The notes below the pieces were generated by a model. That model was given only the letters and a program-made list of their open reading frames with translations. It was not told the origin of the DNA and did no database searches. Made by a program: the position numbers and the translations under genes. A stretch of 63,133 nucleotides of DNA, the filler included, from Basidiobolus meristosporus CBS 931.73 (taxonomy: Eukaryota > Fungi > Basidiobolomycota): assembly GCA_002104905.1 (NCBI GenBank). It is 3 parts of 3 records of this genome, joined end to end, with 100 filler letters (N's around TTAATTAATTAA, not from the genome) between each part and the next. Parts side by side here need not be neighbours in the genome. Positions count along the whole stretch, not along the records: positions 20,000 to 49,664 come from MCFE01000865.1; positions 49,765 to 63,133 come from MCFE01001207.1; 1 more part is not named here. One strand, given 5' to 3'. Positions 48,101 through 59,258 of the stretch are shown piece after piece. How positions within the stretch are numbered: the first letter of the stretch is position 1; every line of letters begins with the position of its first letter.

Positions 48101-49664
48101 GGGCTATCACCTGTGTCAATGGCATGATCCACGTCTCTGACTGGTGGTAGGCTTACAAGCTCATCTGGAAACACGTCTGCATATTTCTTCAAGAGAGTCT
48201 GGACCTGCTGGGGTGCTGGGGTAGAGGAATCCTCCTGTAAAACCGCCATGAGGAACATCTGAGTACCTTTTCTAAGCGCTCTACAGAACTGGGTCTTGCT
48301 AAGTTCACTTGTCTCACACATACTGGAATTGACCAAGTTAAAATCCAGCCGGGCAGGTAATAGCTCATAGGTCTTGTTGTCTTTTTGGATCTGAGTAGCA
48401 TGGGTTCTCCAGTTGATTGATGGATTACATCAAAATAGCCAGGTTTTTCCAAGTACAAGGTCAAACTTGCAGTTCCCAAATATATAAGCCTGTAGGTCTT
48501 CTTCATAGTCATTGATCTTCATTCTTACCGGCTGAGTAATACGGTTGATTATGTGAGAGTTCCCATCAGCTGTTGAGACTGAAGTTGATTTGGTTGGTTC
48601 TGAGTTGATCCCAGCTTTCAGAGCAAATTGCTCTGACATGTATTCATGCAATGCTCCTGAGTCAATCATGATCCTGGCAGGTACTACATTGATTACTCTA
48701 TTCAAGTATAATAGCTTTCCTGAGTTTGAGGTCATCTGGGATAGGTATTCTTCTGTCATGTGGAAGGTGAGTTCTGAGTCTTCTTCAAGTTCATTCTTCA
48801 TGTTACTATGCTCCATGGCCTCAATACGGTTAAAGGCTCTTGATGTCTGGTGTCCATTTCTTCTCTGAGGGAAGTACTTTGCAATATGTCCTTGCTGGTG
48901 GCAATTGAAGCAAATTCCTTTCTTCTTATATTCTTCCACGGCAGGATTCTTCTGCATAGCTTCTATTTCCATTGGTACTGCTTCTGACTGTCTTCTTTCA
49001 TAATGATTGTAACCTTTCTGATTAGTCACTGTAGGCTTCCCAACTCCAAACATAGCTGAGTCATAGTCAATGGCAATCTTGATGGCTTCTTCAATAGTCT
49101 GAGGTGTTTGATAATTCACTTCCTTGTGAGTTCTTTCTTTTAACCCATCAATAAAGTATTCAACTTGATCCAGGGGGTCCATTCTTTCAATTTGTCCAAG
49201 TAGACATCTGTACTCATAGATGTATTCTTGAACCATTCCTTTCTGTCTGAGTATCTTTAACTTCCTTCTTAGTAGTGTCTGTTGGTGTGGAGGTTCAAAA
49301 GCATCCTGAATTTCCGACACAAACTCTTCCCAGGTAGAGATTGTAGAGCATTCCATCATAGTGGCTGACCTGATCTTGTTGTGGTACCACTGTAAAGCTG
49401 CATCTGCCAGGTAAGAAGCTGCGTAATGCAACTTGCTTTCTGGAGCAATTCCTTTAGCTTTAAAAGCTTCTTCAATCTGGAAGAGCCAAGTTCCCAGGTT
49501 TTCATTGACTCTGCCATGGTACCGGTTGACCTTCACACTAAAGTTGCTCTTAACAGGGCTTTGCTGGTTCTGAAGCCATGGTAGTCATTCCTTGTTGCTG
49601 TTGGCTGAGGATCTGGAGTAACTGTTGCTGTTGGGCAGGATTTGCTGCATGGCATTCTTCCATT
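45171..49664 (-). mobile_element. Ty3/Gypsy retrotransposon, 3' LTR 45,171-45,537, 5' end lost in the gap
   Basis: PPT AGGGGAGAA next to the LTR. Domain order gag-PR-RT-RH-IN. Confidence 0.95.
45568..49536 (-). pseudogene. Gypsy gag-pol in a single frame with scattered in-frame stops
   Basis: All four ORF pieces share one frame. Capsid-like gag, CFNCHQQGH knuckle, IMIDSGA protease, YLDD RT, TDAS RNase H, HHCC and D,D35E integrase, GPF/SH3-like tail without a chromodomain. Confidence 0.92.
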
Positions 49665-49764
49665 NNNNNNNNNNNNNNNNNNNNNNNNNNNNNNNNNNNN
49701 NNNNNNNNTTAATTAATTAANNNNNNNNNNNNNNNNNNNNNNNNNNNNNNNNNNNNNNNNNNNN
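49665..49764. other. Assembly gap (44 N + TTAATTAATTAA + 44 N)
   Basis: Same artificial spacer as at 19,900. Confidence 0.95.
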
Positions 49765-50038
49765 GAAATTTGCTGATATCATGGAGTTATGGATAATATC
49801 CGATTTTTGATAAACAGATAGGCGTATGTTTTTCTCAGCATTATGATGAAGTAACGCTTTATGGATTAAACTATTATAGGCTTCTCCACAATTTGCTGGC
49901 CGGCGTAACTGTTAAAACTGTAGACAACAGCCACTAGCTCTAACATTGATATCCATCTGGCCCGATCAAGAATCAGATGGCTATAATAAGGGCAAGCCTC
50001 CTTACAAGAGAGGATGATACTATCAATTGGTATTTATT

Positions 50039-50537
50039 TCATTTTTTTTCTATAATAGTAAACGCCTCAATAGACTCCTTATGTGGCTCCAGACGAAGAT
50101 ACGTAATGTCGGTGCTCAGGTATAATTTATCCTCGCTCTCTCCATGTTCGTTGACCGCTTTGAAAGCAAAAAATTCACCTCCAGTATGATCAACCTTAAA
50201 GTTATATTTCTTTCCCTCCGAATGCAGTATGGTCTTCTTTCCTTCCTTGGTCCAGTATGATCAACCTTAAAAGTTATATTTCTTTCCCTCCGAATGCAGT
50301 ATGGTCTTCTTTCCTTCCTTGGTGCACAGGAAGCCATCCTTAAACGAAAATACCGACTCCTCAGAGCTAGCGATATCTAATTCTCCATCGCTTTTGTATC
50401 CAATGTAATGGCCGTCGTGGTGGCGAATGAGTCCAGTTTTGGGAAGTGCTACAGATTCGATCAAAAGCAAAAGCTCGATTTAGTCTTTGTAGGAATATAC
50501 ACTATGTGTATGTACACTTACAAGTAGCAGAACTCAT
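50039..50537 (-). pseudogene. Small beta-rich protein gene (117 aa if repaired); exons 50,537-50,522 and 50,448-50,039; broken by a 72-bp tandem duplication
   Basis: ATG, 73-nt GTAAGT...TAG intron. Removing 50,252-50,323 gives the open frame MSSATSLPKTGLIRHHDGHYIGY...EAFTIIEKK. Confidence 0.55.
50181..50323. repeat. Tandem duplication, 71 bp + 72 bp
   Basis: The copies are identical except for one extra A in the second. Confidence 0.95.
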
Positions 50538-51235
50538 CTAATCAGTGGGGGCGAATGGATATCTATCGTCTTGTATAATCTCCTGTTGTTGCTATCTATC
50601 GTCTTTTATAATCTCCTATCTTCTCTACTTACGTCAACTTCTGCCCATGACGAAGCATTTGTGATGTAAGTGAGAAATAGATTCTAGTGAAGGGTTAGGG
50701 TAAATCATAGCTATGTGGCTTATGTATTGATATGGGATGACGTAGGGAAACTTGGGCTGGGTAGATGGGGTCTTACTCGAAATATAAAGAGCTGACATTG
50801 GGAGATTTGCAATCTTTCACGTTCAGCTTTTCCCAGATTTCAATTGGAATATAATCTGATACCTATGCTTCGCTATATAAATAGGTGGATCAAAGGCGTA
50901 TCGCTTAGAGTCAGAAAAAATTCCTCGGCAACTACTATTTTGGGACTCCATGAGTGACTCTCACAACTGCTGGCCAGTTTGCCGCGATCATAGGTTGGAT
51001 AGCATGGTTTGTTGGCAATTGTTACCTTCATTTCTGACATACAATATGGATCAATCATAACGGAGGAAACTCGGCTTGACGACATTCCCAAACCGAAAAT
51101 GGAATTTTATCAACTGCTTAATTAATCTCTTATTTTAACTCACCACGCCAATGCTATCACATTATCTACCATGATTGGGGTTTCAGCTATATAAGAGAAG
51201 AACGGTTGAGGGATGTTTTTCACAGCATCGTCAGA

Positions 51236-53842
51236 ATGAAAAATTTACACTCAGTTACTTTCTTCTTACTAGTCATAGGAAACACTGCGTTAAGGAGTGC
51301 ATCTGCTCCATTTCCAGGTAAGGGAGATTGGCTTTTCCTCCTCAAGAGTTTCGATCATAATCTGTACCTTGCAGGAACTAGCGATGTTGTCAACCCTTTG
51401 AGAACTGACTCAACTCTAAGTCAAACCGATTCATCTGATAAGACCGATACATCGTTTGACTCTACTGATCGCCAAACTTCCGAACCAACTTGGACTTCAC
51501 GTACCTCAAAATCGGTCGTTGACTCAACAACCGATGTCCTCACTACCTCGTCCACATCTGAGAGACCTTCTCAAATTTCTACCACAGGCAACGAAACCCC
51601 TACCTCGACATCAACAACTCAAGACCCAACAGACAAATCTCCCACTCCTTCAGCAACTGAAGAGCCAACCGCTACCACCTCAGATCCACCTACAAGTCGT
51701 ATGACAACAGACACACATTCGGTTTCTTCAGTAGACTCTACTACATCAGCTTCACCCACCAGCCAGGATCCAACAGATATTTCCACTCCCGCGACAACCA
51801 TAGAGCCGACCTCTACCACCTCAGACCCACCCACAACTCAGGTACCAACGGACCCTACTACCTCAGCTTCACCTACCAGTCAAGATCCAACAGATATTTC
51901 TACCCCTATCACGACCGAAGAGCCGACCCCTACCACCTCAGACCCACCCACAACCCAGATGCCAACGGACCCTACTACCTCAGCCACACCCACTAGTCAA
52001 GATCCAACAGATATTTCCACTCCCGCAACAACCATAGAGCCGACCCCTACCACCTCAGACCCACCCACAACTCAGATGCCAACGGACCCTACTACCTCAG
52101 CTTCACCTACCAGTCAAGATCCAACAGATATTTCTACCCCTATTACGACTGAAGAGCCGACCTCTACCACCTCAGAACCACCCACAACTCAGATGCCAAC
52201 GGACCCTACTACCCCGGCCTCGCCCACTAGTCAGGATCCAACAGATATTTCCACTCCCGCAACAACCATAGAGCCGACCCCTACCACCTCAGACCCACCC
52301 ACAACTCAGATGCCAACGGACCCTACTACCTCAGCTTCACCTACCAGTCAAGATCTAACAGATATTTCTACCCCTATTACGACTGAAGAGCCGACCTCTA
52401 CCACCTCAGAACCACCCACAACTCAGATGCCAACGGACCCTACTACCCCGGCCTCGCCCACTAGTCAGGATCCAACAGATATTTCCACTCCCGCAACAAC
52501 CATAGAGCCGACCCCTACCACCTCAGACCCACCCACAACTCAGATGCCAACGGACCCTACTACCTCAGCTTCACCTACCAGTCAAGATCTAACAGATATT
52601 TCTACCCCTATTACGACTGAAGAGCCGACCTCTACCACCTCAGAACCACCCACAACTCAGATGCCAACGGACCCTACTACCCCGGCCTCGCCCACTAGTC
52701 AGGATCCAACAGATATTTCCACTCCCGTAACAACCATAGAGCCGAACCCCACGACCTCAGGGCCGCCCACCACTCAGGTACCAACGGACCCTACTACCTC
52801 AGCTTCACCTACCAGTCAAGATCCAACAGATATTTCTACTCCTATCACGACCGGAGAGCCGACCACTACCACCTCAGACCCACCCACAACTCAGATGCCA
52901 ACGGACCCTACTACCCCGGCCTCGCCCACTAGTCAAGATCCAACAGATATTTCCACTCCCGCAACAACCATAGAGCCGAATCCCACTACCTCAGGGCCGC
53001 CCACCACTCAGGTACCAACGGACCCTACTACCTCAGCCTCACCCACTAGCCAAGATCCGACAGATATTTCCACTCCCGCAACAACCATAGAGACGACCCC
53101 TAGTACCTCAGATCCACTCACCAGTCGCAGTCCAACAGTAATCTCCACACCTTCAGTGACTGAGGAGCCAACTCCAACCACATCAGGCTCACCTACAACT
53201 GAGGTACCAACAAATACTCCATCAATTTCATCAATTATATCTATCACCCCAGATCCATCTATCACTCAGAGTCCTACAGAAATTACTGTTACTCCCTCAA
53301 CAACACTAGAGCCTACACCCACTACATCGGTACCAACAGATACTTCAGATATATCCACAAATCCGTCTACTACACTTGACTCATCTTCAACTCAAGAACC
53401 CTCACCAAGCCCCTCTGATACGTCTAAATCTGATATCTCAACAACTGAGGGCACAGAAACAGTCACATCCAATACTTCGATTTCAACAAACACACAGCCT
53501 TCAAGTACAACATCGCTAGAGCCGAGCACCTACTCTGCTTCATATACCACGCCAACGTCAGAAACAAGTATAGAAACTAGTAATACTCCCACTAGCACGT
53601 TGGTCACCACCGCATTGAGTTCGTTTAGTGGAAGACCTGTGAGCACTCAATCCGACGGACAGGTTGTGAATGAGGTTATCGTTACAGCCACCACGACCAT
53701 TGATGGAGTACAAACGGTTGTATATTCAACCAGTAGAGTGACCGGGCGTCCATCTTTTCAACTAAATAGCGGCAATACTCACCATCTCTCACAAATCGCA
53801 TTCACCATTTTTATTGTGGTTTCGATGTACTTTACCATTTAG
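51236..53842 (+). CDS. Mucin/adhesin-like Thr/Ser/Pro-rich cell-surface protein, predicted signal peptide and GPI signal
   Basis: TATATAA at about 51,189, ATG 51,236, hydrophobic N-terminus, probable in-frame intron 51,318-51,374 (GTAAGG...GCAG), tandem repeats, C-terminal NSG followed by a hydrophobic tail. Confidence 0.9.
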   Translation: MKNLHSVTFFLLVIGNTALRSASAPFPGKGDWLFLLKSFDHNLYLAGTSDVVNPLRTDSTLSQTDSSDKTDTSFDSTDRQTSEPTWTSRTSKSVVDSTTDVLTTSSTSERPSQISTTGNETPTSTSTTQDPTDKSPTPSATEEPTATTSDPPTSRMTTDTHSVSSVDSTTSASPTSQDPTDISTPATTIEPTSTTSDPPTTQVPTDPTTSASPTSQDPTDISTPITTEEPTPTTSDPPTTQMPTDPTTSATPTSQDPTDISTPATTIEPTPTTSDPPTTQMPTDPTTSASPTSQDPTDISTPITTEEPTSTTSEPPTTQMPTDPTTPASPTSQDPTDISTPATTIEPTPTTSDPPTTQMPTDPTTSASPTSQDLTDISTPITTEEPTSTTSEPPTTQMPTDPTTPASPTSQDPTDISTPATTIEPTPTTSDPPTTQMPTDPTTSASPTSQDLTDISTPITTEEPTSTTSEPPTTQMPTDPTTPASPTSQDPTDISTPVTTIEPNPTTSGPPTTQVPTDPTTSASPTSQDPTDISTPITTGEPTTTTSDPPTTQMPTDPTTPASPTSQDPTDISTPATTIEPNPTTSGPPTTQVPTDPTTSASPTSQDPTDISTPATTIETTPSTSDPLTSRSPTVISTPSVTEEPTPTTSGSPTTEVPTNTPSISSIISITPDPSITQSPTEITVTPSTTLEPTPTTSVPTDTSDISTNPSTTLDSSSTQEPSPSPSDTSKSDISTTEGTETVTSNTSISTNTQPSSTTSLEPSTYSASYTTPTSETSIETSNTPTSTLVTTALSSFSGRPVSTQSDGQVVNEVIVTATTTIDGVQTVVYSTSRVTGRPSFQLNSGNTHHLSQIAFTIFIVVSMYFTI
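51734..53137 (+). repeat. Twelve 117-bp (39-aa) coding tandem repeats
   Basis: GAC(C/T)CTACTAC recurs every 117 bp from 51,734 to 53,021. Degenerate units flank the array. Confidence 0.95.
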
Positions 53843-54751
53843 CAGCAACATCCAGATTTCAGATCAAGCAATTCATCACTATCCATACTGACTAGCATAA
53901 AATGAGCAAAATACAAAATTAGTGAATTCAACCAAATACGACTTGGGCTTCCCAATTCGGATAATCTCATGTGATAGTGTTAAGCCAGGATGGGAGGAAA
54001 AGACGTAAACATCGGAGATACATGGTACCTGAGAAAATACTGGAACAAAATCGACACAACTATTTATAGATATTACATAGTTGTAGAATTAGTAGCTATA
54101 CACACTACAAACCACACCTCACATACTAGAAATCCGCTTGATGGTCATTGGTTTCCTTGGAGATTATTCATTTATTGCAATTGCTTTTCTCAATGCCCTG
54201 TAGATCCCGGCTTATTCTTCATTAGTCGCAACCATCAATAGCAGCGACGATATTTGAAATCCCTTCGCCATTCACTTTGTGACAGCCATACAGATTCCAA
54301 ATCAGAGAGCCAAGCCAATATCCATACTAAGAATGATCCATTCCGCTTTTGGCTGAAACTATCCAATTTTTGAGAGTTAAACATGGGAGATCCATCGCAC
54401 AGCCATCAAATCGATGGAATCAGGGACGGCCATTGGTGGATGAGCCCACAATTGTCAAGCCTCGCATGTCAAAAAGAAGATTCCAATGCCAGGCTGAGCC
54501 GAGATTTGAATTCCGAAAGCGATTTTTTATCTGAGTAATCGGTTGGGATAGCTCATTAACCACTATTTAGGTAGTGATTTTGTAGGAATCCTGGTAATAA
54601 GTCTCTTTTTTTTGGATAAGGAAATTGGTTCATTCTCTGCGGCATTGCTTCTTTGAGTGTCTGATCTACGATATACATTGGATGCCATATTTGACTAGCC
54701 GGCGGGTATATAAGTGCCTTGCAGTTGTAATCGAAACACTTTCATGACATC

Positions 54752-56869
54752 ATGAAACATCAATCTTTCATTCTACCGCTTATTGCACTATACTGTCTAG
54801 GGTCTTTGACGGCCGTTGATGCCCGTCCACAGTTTCTTCGTAGAGATGTTAACAGTAAGTTCATACCGATGCTTAGATGGGCATGGTGATATTGATTCTA
54901 GATAAGCATAAAGATATTGATTCGTTGTTATCCAGGCACAATTCCTTCTTTACACGATTCCATCAGCGTTAGCCACACTGTTGCTGACAAAATGGTATCC
55001 AGTGTAGAGCCTAAAAGCGTTCATTCCGAGGCAACAATCTCCCCACGTAAAGCCTCAGTTGAACCTGAAAAGTCATCTGAGGAAGTTATCGCCACAAGCG
55101 ATAAAACCGAAGGACCAAAGGAGACGCCAACTGTATCCGCTGACAAAATAGCCCATTCTACCAATAAAGATGTAGATCACACTTCGGCAGATGAAAAGCA
55201 CATCGAGAATACAGTGGTATCAAGCAAAGACCACGAGTCCCCATCTTCTATCGATAAGGCGGTTGTCCCTACCGAAAAGTCTACTGCTAACAAGGTATCG
55301 CCAACTTCAGTCGAGTCAGACTCTCCTATCCATAAATCTACCGTAGCTTCAGAAAAACCGGAGGATACCACCACTCATGCTGAGAAATCAACCATATCAG
55401 CAGCATCCACTGAATCGACCAAACATACCGATAAACCGTCCCCATCGAGTCAAAAGGAATCCACTGTGATCAACCAATCGTCCACTCCTACCAAGAAGAC
55501 ATCAGAAACGTCAACCACACCTACTAGTCAAGCAACTGCGCAATCCGAATCTTCGTCAGAGCAACACAGTACTGAAAGTAAGGAAACAGCTGGTAAGTAG
55601 TCACCTCGTACGCATCTTTATAGTCAGTTGATCAAATGTAGCACGCTCGTTTCACCCATCCAGCCAACCTCCCATCTTGTAATCCCACCTCAACTGTTGT
55701 GTTTCGCTTACTGATATACTTCCGAACTCACAGATCATATCTCTGTTGTATCTCATTCTTCACCCAAAATCCATCCCTCCTCTCAAGCCCCCATCACCTA
55801 TCCTTCACACACTCACTCCACGTCCACACCCACATCCACACCCACACCCTCGTCCACACCCACGTCCACACCCACGTCCACACCCACATCCACACCCTCG
55901 TCCACACCCTCGTCCACACCCTCGTCCACACCCACATCCACCACCAACACCCCATCCACAAAACCCTCACCATCAATTGAATCTACCCACACTTCGTCCC
56001 CCTCTCATATAACATCAACTGATTCTCATTCATCCGTAGATACTTCTACCAAAACCTCACAAACTCAGTCCTCCCAAATCTCCAGTTCGGTACTCCCTAA
56101 ATCTACCAATTCCACCCCCAGTCTCCGATCATCTACCTCCAACCCTACCAGTAGCGGTTCGGTGAAACCAACTGCTGGTAAATCCTCATTGCTATTGTTG
56201 AATGCTTTCAGCCTCACTGGTGCCTGACAACTGACATTTCCCATTTATAGATACAACATCCTCCACCGAATCGACTTCTCCCAGTAGTGCTTTATCCGTT
56301 TCCACCACCGGTAAGATCTCATCTCTCGCAGTAGTGTTAGAACCCTACCAACACGTACTCCTCTAGGGAGTTCATCTCTCGCAACCCCAGATCACACTAG
56401 TGTTGTTTCAATTGAATCCACCGCTAGTAAGCTCGTTTCTATACTTCATCACATCGTTGATGTATCACTAAGCCCCATCCCACTCAGAAACGACTTCGTC
56501 CACCTCAGTTATCACCAGTAGCAGTTCGGTCGAACCTACTGATGGTAAACTTCACATGACATTATGCCCTCCTAAGCTGAGCAAGAGACTAACCCCAGTT
56601 TCACGATAGATACCGATTCTTCCACGTCCCACAGTATTTACTCCTCCACCTTCTCGTCCGCCGTGCCAGTGACCACCCAGCCGGATGGTCAGGTAGTGAA
56701 GAACAAGATTGTGATTGCCACCAGAACCATCGATGGAAGACCCACGGTGGTACTCGCCACCACCAGAGTTACCGGTCGTCCGGAAATCAACGGAATGCCC
56801 CGCGTTCAGTGTAACCCCGGGCTCCTTGGGGTGCTGACACTGGGTCTGTCATTGTTGGTATTCGGTTGA
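54752..56869 (+). CDS. Second Ser/Thr-rich GPI-type surface protein, 7 exons: 54752-54854, 54936-55592, 55734-56177, 56251-56310, 56367-56426, 56488-56544, 56610-56869
   Basis: TATATAA at about 54,707. Signal peptide MKHQSFILPLIALYCLGSLTAVDA, then RR. All six introns are GT-AG and join in frame. The C-terminal block is homologous to that of the 51,236 gene. Confidence 0.82.
55815..55945 (+). repeat. Coding microsatellite-like (Ser-Thr-Pro-Thr/Ser)n, 12-bp unit TCCACACCC(ACG/ACA/TCG)
   Basis: Directly visible. It lies in predicted exon 3. Confidence 0.9.
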
Positions 56870-57148
56870 TGGAACCACCAACACCTATTCTATCCAACGT
56901 CTCGGTGGTGCTTGACGCAAGTCGCCAGCCTGCTACCCACCAAGTAGTCCATTTCCCTAGATCAACAAGCCAATCATTATATATAAAAAACTTATGAAAC
57001 TGCTCTACATCATGGGCGTAACATGGAGGTGTGCAACATTAGGTGAATAGAGTTCACAGGTGTTTACTACATAAACATGAATAGACTTCTATTTCTATGA
57101 TAAGGTGGCTGTACAGTGATGAATGAGGTGCAGGGCGGGAGTGGGAAG

Positions 57149-58907
57149 TCAAGGGCTGCCGTAGAGTATTCCATAAATCGTCTCCATATCTAAGGCGAGC
57201 GGGTTCTGGATTCGCTTGGCAAATACATAGTGCTTGTCGACCAGCGTGATCAGCTCCGGACTTAGGCCATCGCAGTCGTTGCGGGAGGTGATGTTCAGTT
57301 GCCGTAGTTTACATGATTTCATGACCTTTTGAAGCAGCGCGTCCTTCAGCTCCGAGTTGTTTTCGAAATCCAGCTCCTGCAGATTGGTCCCATACCGCGC
57401 CAAGCTATCGAGAAGGCCGTTCGTCGTTCTCCAGCCTCGGACGCACAGAGATCTCAGTAGATTCCCGTGCTCAGCCATGTATGCGATGAGTGGTGTGGTG
57501 TCCAGCGGCTGGAGCCAATGCTCAGTTCGAAAAAGGACCAGCTCCTCCAATTGGGTGCACTCTTCACAGATGACACGTAACGATTGCTCGGTGAATGACG
57601 TATCATACAGCTTTATCTTCTTCAATGTGCGGCCCCGTTGTTGAGCAACGGCCACGATGGATGTGTCGGTGAACTTGCACGAGCGTATGACCAACTCCTC
57701 CAAACGAACACAGTGCCTAGCGATGACATGGCCTAATCGGGGAGGTAGTAGGCTATGAGATATGGAAAGCGAGGTCAGCTGCTTGCCACAGCAACTGAAG
57801 AAATCATCCCAAATATCAACACTGCTTGCATCCACCACCGAGATGGAGCAAAGATCCAGCGTCTTCAGGTTTGAGTGGGGCGTTCGCGACCACGAGGAGA
57901 TGATGGTGTCATTTAGATCCACTCGCCACAGACGAAAACTTTCCAGCGAGTTGAGTGATCGCCATAAGGTATCCATCCATTCCTCAGGCACATCGTACAA
58001 AATCTCATTGTAGATCAATGAAAAGTGTTTCAGCTGCGAGACAATGCTCTGGTTGTTCTCGTTGTGGAGCTCCCATAACACGTCATCCTCCGCATACTCA
58101 CACTCGATATGAAGGTGCTCTAAGCGCTTACAGTAATTCGTCACGACGTGGACAAAGTGGATGGGGGTGGATCTGGTGAATACTTCCAATCTCTTCAAAT
58201 TCGGCATTATGCATAACATGGACTTCAACAGTGTCTCGGGTAACTCGAGACCCGCCAACTCCAACCACTTCAGAGAGGGTATCGGTTGAATATCCTCCGG
58301 AAACTCCCAATCGCCTATATTCTTCAGGATTAGCCCCAGCTTCTCAAGATTGTGACAGTTGCGAAAGATGGTTTCGAGGTAGCGCAGATCCTCCGCGTCG
58401 GAAGAATATATCTCGATATAGCTCAAGATCTTTACGTTGCTACACAGGCTTGAGGAGGACAAAGCGCTCTTCGATATAGGTATGGCTTGAGGGAACCGAA
58501 TCGAATGAAGGTTTGGAAGGTGCTGCAGCAAAGTGGACGCATATTTTAGGACGAAATACCGGTAGTCTTGCAGGTCCAACACCTGAACTAAGCCTGCCAC
58601 TAAACTCAACCAATCAGAAAAGATGAACTACGCATACTCTGCTAGGCTCTTCGGACTTACGGAATTGGCTTTGGGAAATGGTCTGTTTGAAGAGTCGAAA
58701 GCTGTCTTGCGTTTGGAAGACCGGTTCTCTCCAGATAATGCGAATTGCTTCCGAATACCAACCGCTACTCACGAGGCAATATTTCAACAGCTCGGAGGTA
58801 TCCTTACTAGAAAAGGAGAAGATCAACTGCAGGATATCTGGAATCCATGGAGATTTGTTTATGGTTGCATCGTACGAAAGTAAGGGACGTTGAGGTATTT
58901 TATCCAT
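57149..58907 (-). CDS. F-box / leucine-rich-repeat (RNI-like) protein; exons 58,907-58,638 and 58,582-57,149
   Basis: F-box-like PDILQLIFSF...CLVSSGW...IW, then LRR units (C..LE.L.I..C, L..L.L) and a 55-nt GTATGC...CAG intron. Confidence 0.85.
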
Positions 58908-59258
58908 GAACTTCGACACAAAAATGAAACGAATAAGGGCACAAAGATTATTTTCTATTAAATAAAGTATATATTAAGTCGGAATATTACAACTATTGAC
59001 CGAAAGGGAGTAAAAGCTAAACAGGACAAGAAAGAACGTTCGAGGCCAAGAGAATGAGATTCAATGCCAGGATAGTACCGTATATAAATATCCCATGGAA
59101 TTTCTGTGACTCCACAAAACAATGGGAATTTATATTCAATTGACTCCCAATAGATCAGTGGGGGTGGCCGGAGAGTATGGGGTGCCACGGACAGGGTATG
59201 CATGGATAGGGTATGATGGAATACTTTATTACTGATGTTGATCTATCACCCATTTAAC

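Noticed and set aside
1-49664. Classical CpA-directed RIP as the cause of TE decay
   Set aside because: The LTR-pair differences I could read are mostly at CpG, and CpA/TpG remain abundant. A formal RIP index was not computed.
50560-50617. Two 25-bp direct repeats upstream of the small gene
   Set aside because: Real, but short and without a recognisable motif. There is not enough to call it regulatory.
51206-51235. Upstream TTG start given by the ORF track for the mucin-like gene
   Set aside because: ATG at 51,236 follows the TATA box at a normal distance and begins the signal peptide.
55699-56012. His/Thr-, Pro/His/Arg- and Trp/Val-rich ORFs in the ORF track
   Set aside because: Alternative frames of the (Ser-Thr-Pro-Thr)n repeat in exon 3 of the surface-protein gene.
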